This document shows positions 55,981 to 64,000 of a stretch of 64,000 nt of DNA, one piece after another. The translations under genes were made by a program, and so were the position numbers. The notes beneath the pieces were generated by a model, which worked only from the letters and a program-made list of their open reading frames with translations, was not told where the DNA came from and made no database searches. Location: positions 1 to 64,000 of IMG/VR virus record IMGVR_UViG_3300028591_000126; one strand, given 5' to 3'. Origin of the DNA: a virus (Duplodnaviria > Caudoviricetes). Each line of letters begins with the position of its first letter. Positions within the stretch are counted from its first letter, which is position 1.

Positions 55981-57306
55981 TTATTGTAAGCTCTTTATGC
56001 TAATAGTCTCATAGCTATTTTGTAAATATTTTTTAACATACTCGTTATCAGTATAAACTGTTAATGCTTGACATCCATAGAATGCTGATCTATCTATATT
56101 TGTAACACTATTTGGAATTGTTATGCTTGTTAATGATTTACAATTTGCGAATGCTTGTGGTCCTATTCTTTTAACACTATTTCCTATTATAACATTTGTT
56201 AATGAACTACATTCAAAGAATGCCCCTAATCCTATATTAGTTACACTATTTGGTATTGTTATAGTTTTTAATGATTTACAATTTACGAATGCATACTCAT
56301 CTATATTTCTTACGCCAGTTCCCATATTTATGCTTGTTAATGAAGTACAAGTTGAGAATGCAAAATTTCCTATATCTCTTACCTTATCCGGTATTGTTAT
56401 ACTTGTCAATAACTCACAGCCTTCAAATACACCATATCCCATACTTATAACGCTGTCTGGGATTGTGACGCTTGTTAATTTACTACATGAGTTAAATGCT
56501 CTATTTCCTATAATTGTAACACCGGCAGGAATAACTACTTTTTCAATTTCTGGATACACAGCAACTAAAGTCTTATCAGTTATTACAAGACCATTTACTG
56601 CAGCAAGTTTATCACAGATAATCTCTTCACTAATTAAGTTAATAGGAAGCTCATTAATAGCAGCATAATCCAATTCATCCTTATCATTATATAATGCAAA
56701 ATTTGTAGATTTAATATAAGTTTTTTCATCCATAAACTTTTGTGGATTTAAGACCTTAGGATATACTGTCAATGCATATTTTCCATACATTGTTTTACTA
56801 TCTAGAAAATAATAAAACTTTATTCCCATACCCATATATTCATCCCAATGCTTTTTAGCATCTTCCTTACTAGGAGCATATTCAGGATGACCGTAGTGTT
56901 TATATCTACCTGCTGTGCACCAACCTGTATTAACACCAAGATCCATACTTGCAATATAATCTAAAGGTTGATAAACTTTATAACCATTACTTTCACCCAA
57001 GTATTTATATTCTCCTCTTACTTCTTTATCCTTACCTTGAACTATTCTTTTTCTTTGGGAGTCTTTTTCATTATTATAAAGTGAAGCTAATAAATTTATT
57101 AACTCCTCTTGTTCCATATGTTTACAATAATAAGTTAAATCGGTAGAAAGACCTTTACTCTTTAGTCTATCTTTAGCTTTTAAAAAATTATTATATGTAT
57201 CCATTCCAAACTTGTTAATGAATCTTTGTTGATCTTCTTTTGATTCTACTAACAATTCTGGTAGGTATTCTTCTATAAGTGATTCTGTGTAATCTGTAAT
57301 TTTCAT
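55981..57306 (-). CDS. BspA-type leucine-rich repeat protein with phage N-terminal domain
   Basis: About seven 23-aa repeats (LTSITIPNSVTNIGxxAFxxC); N-terminal YTESLIEEY; GWCTA motif. Confidence 0.85.
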   Translation of the reverse strand: MKITDYTESLIEEYLPELLVESKEDQQRFINKFGMDTYNNFLKAKDRLKSKGLSTDLTYYCKHMEQEELINLLASLYNNEKDSQRKRIVQGKDKEVRGEYKYLGESNGYKVYQPLDYIASMDLGVNTGWCTAGRYKHYGHPEYAPSKEDAKKHWDEYMGMGIKFYYFLDSKTMYGKYALTVYPKVLNPQKFMDEKTYIKSTNFALYNDKDELDYAAINELPINLISEEIICDKLAAVNGLVITDKTLVAVYPEIEKVVIPAGVTIIGNRAFNSCSKLTSVTIPDSVISMGYGVFEGCELLTSITIPDKVRDIGNFAFSTCTSLTSINMGTGVRNIDEYAFVNCKSLKTITIPNSVTNIGLGAFFECSSLTNVIIGNSVKRIGPQAFANCKSLTSITIPNSVTNIDRSAFYGCQALTVYTDNEYVKKYLQNSYETISIKSLQ

Positions 57307-57397
57307 AGCTTATTTACCCCACAGTTTATAACTATATAATTTAGCAATAAAAAAACTTGTGAGCATTTTTACCCACAAGTATTTATTTTATTTATAA

Positions 57398-57748
57398 CTA
57401 ATCTTCTAATTTAATATTAGTTAATACATAACTCCAAGATGTTCCACAATGAGTAACACCCCAAACATAAACATCTAACTCATCATCGTAGTAAACAATC
57501 TCATCAGTATATTCTTTTAATAAACGGTATCCGCCATCATCTATAATAAAATATTGATATACATCAATAAAATAATCATCTTCTTCATCATAGTCAGTAC
57601 CATTAACTAATTCTAAAGTTTCACCAATTCTATTAGCCATAGCATTACATAGAACTGCATCAAAACATTTTGCTAATGTTCCATAATCTACATAACCTTT
57701 TTCTTTAGCATAATCACTTACTTCAAAACCCATAAATGTAGTTTTCAT
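57398..57748 (-). CDS. Hypothetical protein
   Basis: ORF with SigA-type promoter; VYQYFII..YVWGVTHCGTSW. Confidence 0.7.
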   Translation of the reverse strand: MKTTFMGFEVSDYAKEKGYVDYGTLAKCFDAVLCNAMANRIGETLELVNGTDYDEEDDYFIDVYQYFIIDDGGYRLLKEYTDEIVYYDDELDVYVWGVTHCGTSWSYVLTNIKLED

Positions 57749-58623
57749 ATTTGATATCCTCTCTTTCTTACATTTATATTATATCATAATATTATTAAAA
57801 TGTAAATAGTTATTTTAAAATATTTTAAACATATTGGATGGGGCGGCATCCCAATTCCCGGATACTCTGCAGCTAGAAAGTTACTAGTACCTATTCGCTG
57901 TCAGCATAAACTTTCCCCCGGGGGGTGACATCCCAGATGAATCCGATGTTAAAAAAGTTACTAAAAAATTAGTAACATTCCGGATTACCTCTTAATTAGA
58001 TTCCTTCTGATTCATCTTCCATGTATGATTCATATTCATCTTCGATTCTATTCTTGATCATTACTGGAACACTAAAAATATTTATGTCATAATCATATGG
58101 ATTTTTACCGGGAGTTTTTGTAACCTCGCCTAATAAAATATCGTTACCATAAATTTCTTCTAGTGTTAATCCCTTAATGCCTAGAACCAATTCTTTATAC
58201 CAAACTATTGATCCTAATGCTAAATCTTTAATTCTCATATTATTATGCCACCTTACTTACTGCATAGCTATTATCTTTTATACTAAAATCACAATTGTAT
58301 TTTGTATCCTCTGAAAACTCTGTTATACAGTTACACTCATATATTGCAGCCTTCATCCAATCTGCTGAATTAGCAAAATGTTCTTCTTTTGCTTTTAGTG
58401 CTTCTTCATATGTATCGAATGTCCAGAAATGAACTCTAACGCAAAAACGCTCAGGAAACTTATTAAACCATTCATCTAATAGTTCATCACTATAATACAT
58501 ACCGTCCTGTTCTTTTAAATCTCGTTTCATAACTTTAAGTAAATACATATATACATCACTCCTCTAAATTTATATACAATAAAAAAAGAGAAGCTATTAT
58601 AACTTCCCTTTTATTTTTTTTAA

Positions 58624-60489
58624 TTAGTCAGAAGAATCATATTCACTGTGATAAACTTCACGTACTGTTAATCCTAACTTAGCAAGGTTATCTGGAACAT
58701 TATTTTGTACAGTAACTGATTGTCCATTTCCAGGACCTGCATAGTTACTTGAATCTTTACCATGAACGCCTAATGCTGTTTTAAGCTTATCATCTATAGT
58801 AGGATTATAGGTAATAATCTCATCACTTGTTCCCCAGGCTCTACCTGAACTACCAGATATTGTACTAACTGCTATTACCTTTAGTTTATCAAAGTCAGGT
58901 AAATTATTATATGATATATCCTGATTATTATGTAACGGTTGACCTGCCTTAACCCTACAAGCTATTAAATTATCCTTACTATAATTGTTTGGATTTTGTT
59001 TCCAGCAAGTAAATATTATATCTTCTGTTTGTGGATCTAAGAAATATACACTATCATTTTTATTTAAATAATCTTGTAGTCCAAGTTTATTTAATGTATC
59101 CTGTATCTTCTTTGTATATTTTTCTGTTTTTAGTTTTGTTACTGCAGATTCAATCTGTCCTTCAATACCAGAATATCTTCCTACACCACCAAGCACTATG
59201 TTAATATCTTGCTCAGCATCTTTAAGATTATCTTCATTTAATGTAACTATTACATCACAACCTTTTAAATGTATTGTAGATCTAAAATTACCACCAACCT
59301 CAATAGTAAATGCATCATCAATACCATCTAATCCTGATAGTTCTAAATATTCTTTAACTAATTGTGGTTGAGTCTTAGTTAATTTATTTATAGCATTATA
59401 TAAAACAAATTCTGCTAATTCTTCTATTTCTTCTTTCTTTTGATTTTTAGCTTTTGTTTCATTTACAGTATTTCTGAAATCCTTAAACTGTGCAACCCAG
59501 AATTGTACTAAAGCTTTTTTTAATTCAGAATTATTACAATTTTTTATATCTCCATAAGATCCCTTAGATTTTAATTTACCTGTTTGACTATCAAATAAAT
59601 TCATAAGGTTTTCTGCTTGTAACTCAGAATCATATGCAGCATGGAATGCATCAGTGTCTATTAGCTTATTAGTATTTAACTCATTAAAGAACTGAGCTGC
59701 CTTAACCTGATCAATTTGTTCTGTTAGTGAATTACTAATATCATCTTGTATTTCTCTATTTCATTCATGCGCAAATATTCTATTCCAGTCAAAATACAAA
59801 CCATTATCTGCAGTAATCATATTTCAAGGAATTAACTTATCAGGTAAAGAAGGATTTATTTTATCTAATTCCACAGGTTCTTTGCCAGGATATTTTAAAT
59901 ATAAATCACCCTTAATTTGTTTATATAAAATTAAAGTATTATTTATAGGATTATAACCAGCAACATATTTTGCATTATGTGCAGGAGTATTTATTATATT
60001 CACACCAGGTTTACGTTCATTTGCTTTTAATGTTTTAACATCCAATGTTACATTATTACCTGATGGACCAACATACTCAAAGTCTGGAATTGATTCACCA
60101 GCACAACGTCTTAAATACTCATGTGACGGTAGTGCAGTATAATCATCATTATCTTTATATTTTTCGTCCGGTATAAAGTTAGTTTCAAACCTAAATACAT
60201 TATTAGCTAATAGCCAATGTTCTATTACATAGTTATTATAAAAAATACATATACGTGCTAAGCCACCAGCAGTTTTTTCACCTTTATATATACCTTGTTC
60301 TATATTAGCCAAGTTATGTAAAGTATTCCAACCTTCCATATCTCCTACAGGCGGTAATAATGATTTTCTGCCAGCATTAAAATAATAATTATTAAAATAT
60401 TTTTCTAATTCAGTATATGCTATAAAATCTTCTGTATTAACTTCATCAGTAATATATTCTTCTATTAAACTTTCAGTATATTGCTTCAT
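58624..60489 (-). CDS. Hypothetical 621-aa protein with 2 TGA read as Trp
   Basis: Track ORFs 59824..60489 and 58624..59604 are in frame and joined by LIP*NMIT..AHE*NREI..ENLMNLF with no TAA or TAG. Confidence 0.8.
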
Positions 60490-60623
60490 AAAGAATAACT
60501 CCTTTTTTTGTTTACAGATAATTTAGCAAATAGAAAAAGATACTAGTAACTACTCTAGTATCTTAATTGGGGACTGCTACACCCAATAGCAGCAAATTTA
60601 ATTTTAATTTGTAAATACTTATT

Positions 60624-62905
60624 TTAATAATTTAATAATTTCTTTTCACTTACTTTAGTTTTAACAGGTTTGAAATCAAATTGTTCAGGATGTTCTTCAT
60701 AATACGGAATATCACCATATCCAGGTGCATAGCCATTTTCATAAAAGAAATCCATTAGTGAATGAGTAATAATATCCCAATCATCGTATGCATCGTCATC
60801 GTAATCACCAGGATATCTATGATCCCAAGGTGATGCGTGACTCACATTGAATGGACAATTATCATACTCAGGATATTCTGCTAACTCTGCAAATAAAGGT
60901 TTATCTAATATACTTTCATCTGACTCAGCATCCTTTAATAATTGTGTAATTAAAGCTTTATCTATTTCTTTATAAGTAGATGAGCTTGTCATATAAACAA
61001 AATGAATACCATCACTTTTAGCTTTATCAATTACATTAGCTAGAAAGTCTACTACCTTATTATTAAGAATAAGTTCCTGTTCTTCTGTATATATTACTTT
61101 ATATCTTTTAGTTATGCCAATCATTATTCTTCATATCCTTTCTGTTTATTTATTCTATCTAACTTAATTAACTTACCTTTTTTAGTTGGTGTCATTTGAT
61201 GTCTATAAGTTAATTGAGTTGCTATTTGAATTGGATTAGATAATTTTCTTTTTTTATTTTTCATACTATTCTTCCTCTAATGTATCTTCATCAATCTCCA
61301 CCCATTCATCTCTGCCATCTCCATAAAAAGGAAATTCTTGAATAGGCTCATCATCAAATAACCAAGTAGTTTTATCTGCTCTAGTTTCAACCTTACTGCC
61401 TTTTACAACTTCACCTGCGAAATAATGATTACCATTCCATTTAACTTTTGCTTTATACATATCTTTCTTACTCCTCCTTTTTATTCTTTGTCATGTTTTC
61501 AAAATCATTAATATCTATTTTACCACTTAGATAATCAGCAATAAACTTATCAAATTCTTCACCAGTCATATTTAAGTCATTAGGTAAATTTAAAAATTCA
61601 TCTGGACCAAATTCTATATAATTTTTACTTGTTTTGTTTTTATTATTTGTTCTCATATTAATACCTTTTTTCTTTTCTTTATACATATATATTATAGCAT
61701 AAAATAAAAGACTTGTAAATACTTAATTACAAATCTTTTTTTATTCATCATGTATATCAAATATGCCTATTCCATATTCCTTCCATTCAGAACCTACCTT
61801 TTTATATATCCTATGACTACGATTATACATATGATAAATTTTATCATACCAGCCTTCTTCACAAAACCACTTTCTAACTTCTTTTAATGTTCCAGTATAT
61901 TCAGCTATATCTGGACCACAGGAATATTCTTGTATAGTAATCTTATATATGTTCATATATTATTCTCTCTCCTTTAATCCTAGTTCATTTAAATAATCTA
62001 ACTCTTCTTCTGTAAAAGGAAGGTTACTAATTTCTACACCATTATCTAAGAAGGCTAGCTCTTGTCTTTCAATAAGAGTATAAGTATTATCTTCTAAATC
62101 TATCATAAATTGAGTTAGTACAAATGGGTCCTCAGCTTCATCCGCCATAGAGTAAGTATATGTATCTTCATGTATTTCTGTTAATTTAAATCTACCAATT
62201 CTATTCTTAATAACTTTCATACTAATCACCTCTAGCTATGAAAAGGAAGAAATTCCTCTACTTCACAATCAATAGTTAGACTCTTACTTGAGTATGATAT
62301 ATCGCAATCACCCAATAAAGTTATAGTATACATTGGATTATCATTTAGTGTAAATTCATAATCATCTTCTAAGTCGCCTAAAGTATTATTAACAAAATCT
62401 CTAAGTTCTCCTAATGTTCTAATTTTCTTTCCTGTTATTCTCTCTGGCATAATACATACCTCCCTTATTAATCGTCAACTTCTACTTCAATCATTTCATT
62501 CTCATATTGCTTTTCAACTAACTTACATCTACCATGCTTTGCTGCAAACTTACAAGTTTTAGGACAGTGAGTACCACTAGGATGATTGCAGAACTCGGCC
62601 TTCTTACTTAAGTTGATATCACCTATTCTCATTAATTTCTTTTCCATACTATCGCCCTCTTCTTATTCTAAGTCTTCTTTATTCTTAGACCAAGTAACTT
62701 TATAATCTCTTTCAATTAATTTAATAGGATAAGTGTGGTGCCATTCTAATTCAAGTCTAGGATAGTCTTCCCAACCTGTATTCTCAACTCTACACTTAAT
62801 AATTCTATCTTCCCATTTAATATATACATAACCTTGTTTTAAAATACTTCTTAATAACTCCCACCATGTTGGTGCAATAGATAACCATCTACTCATCCTA
62901 ATCAC
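60624..62905 (-). other. Cluster of small hypothetical phage ORFs
   Basis: Seven track ORFs with SigA-type promoters. Confidence 0.7.
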
Positions 62906-62970
62906 CTCTTCCTCATTACAATTATATTATACCACAAAAAAAGAGGTTTGTAAACCCCTTTTAATTTATT

Positions 62971-63999
62971 TTATTCATAATCGCTAATTAAAGAATCTGA
63001 ATCAATTCCAGAAGGCACTACTGAATCTTCTGCTTCAGGCTCAGGTTCATAGTCTGGCATATCAGCACTAAAAGCATTTCTAGTTTCTATTGCTGTAGGC
63101 GCATCTTTGTGTTTATAGAAATCTGGATCTTTATCAAATAAAGAAATAATAGTATCTGCTAAAGCTCTTGAACTTACTTGTTTATCATCTTTAATTTCGT
63201 CCATAGTTTTTAAATCATCATGATTAGATTGACTTCTAGCAATTTCAACCATACGCTTAACTAGCTCAGGCATATCTTGAACATTAGTATCAAAAGTAGT
63301 TATTGCAGCAATGTGCCACATATCTTTTCTAGTATCATCTGAGTTAGCTGCAAGTCTGTCTACAATATGATCTGAGTTCTTTAATAATGGAAATTTAGTA
63401 TATAAAGCATTTATTTCTTTATCCCATCCATCTTGAACTGCATAGTGAGATTTATCTCTTGCTTCAATGTCTTCTTCTGGAATTCCAGGGTTTCCTAAAT
63501 ATACATTACTATCATTGTTTGGAACACTATATTTAATATCAGTTACATGATTTCTTAACCAGTCTTTAACTTCTTCTTTTTCTGCTGGTGTTAAGTTTAA
63601 CATTTGTGTAGCTTTTTTCTTTGATGTAGATTGTTTAATTAAATCTTTAAAATATTTTCTAATAATTGCTTCAATTAAAGATGCAATATGTAAATGTTTC
63701 CAAGCACCACGTTTATCATAAGCTCCACTTAATGTGTGACTCTTAGCTCTATCTCTAACACCTATTGCATAATCAAGTGCATCTTTGTATGGAGTAAATC
63801 TTGAATTATCTCTAGGGTCATAATTAAAACCATTTACAGTAAGAACAGAATCAATTGCTGAATCAACTAATTCAGGTAAATCTGAAGGTCTAAAATCTTC
63901 ATCATTCTTCATTCTATATAATACTAAATCAATTGCTTTCTTTGCAAGTTTAACTGCATGAGCTTTTGCTTTAGGTCCAACGTTGTCTGAAACATATAG
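62971..63999 (-). CDS. Hypothetical protein (5' end beyond the window)
   Basis: Frame stays open upstream of the track ATG to the window edge. Confidence 0.7.
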   Translation of the reverse strand, partial: LYVSDNVGPKAKAHAVKLAKKAIDLVLYRMKNDEDFRPSDLPELVDSAIDSVLTVNGFNYDPRDNSRFTPYKDALDYAIGVRDRAKSHTLSGAYDKRGAWKHLHIASLIEAIIRKYFKDLIKQSTSKKKATQMLNLTPAEKEEVKDWLRNHVTDIKYSVPNNDSNVYLGNPGIPEEDIEARDKSHYAVQDGWDKEINALYTKFPLLKNSDHIVDRLAANSDDTRKDMWHIAAITTFDTNVQDMPELVKRMVEIARSQSNHDDLKTMDEIKDDKQVSSRALADTIISLFDKDPDFYKHKDAPTAIETRNAFSADMPDYEPEPEAEDSVVPSGIDSDSLISDYE

Positions 64000-64000
64000 T

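Larger units (their letters stand above)
5260..64000 (-). mobile_element. Segment of a large phage (prophage, or phage joined to host contig); left boundary approximate
   Basis: Abrupt change to single-strand small hypothetical ORFs, a tRNA array, tmRNA, PhoH, DUF3310 and GIY-YIG. No integrase or capsid gene recognised in the window. Confidence 0.85.

Noticed and set aside
56123-56668. 181-aa plus-strand ORF and other plus-strand ORFs
   Set aside because: Antisense shadows of minus-strand genes.

Overview
Positions 1 to about 5250 are AT-rich host-type chromosome: priA behind a SAM-I riboswitch, a FolT-type folate ECF S-component behind a THF riboswitch, and a split pyruvate formate-lyase. 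Every Trp codon I read there is TGG, consistent with code 11. From about 5260 to the end is a minus-strand segment of a large phage (prophage or chimeric join). It carries 29 tRNAs covering all 20 amino acids, a tmRNA, a ROOL-like RNA, a 1.8-kb ORF-free structured RNA locus, bL9, NadE, PhoH, an HPr-like protein, a TnpB element and many small modular ORFs. The main result is a candidate regulated genetic-code switch. Seven phage genes contain internal in-frame TGA codons, several at family-conserved Trp positions, and an eighth gains a short C-terminal extension by read-through. All lie downstream of a phage-specific GCTAAATTA motif. The only Trp-type tRNA in the window is split inside its anticodon by a group IC3-like intron, and splicing would create anticodon UCA. 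The tRNA array is also preceded by a leader-peptide attenuator whose 42-aa peptide uses every amino acid except Trp. All calls were made by eye; no searches or folding programs were run.
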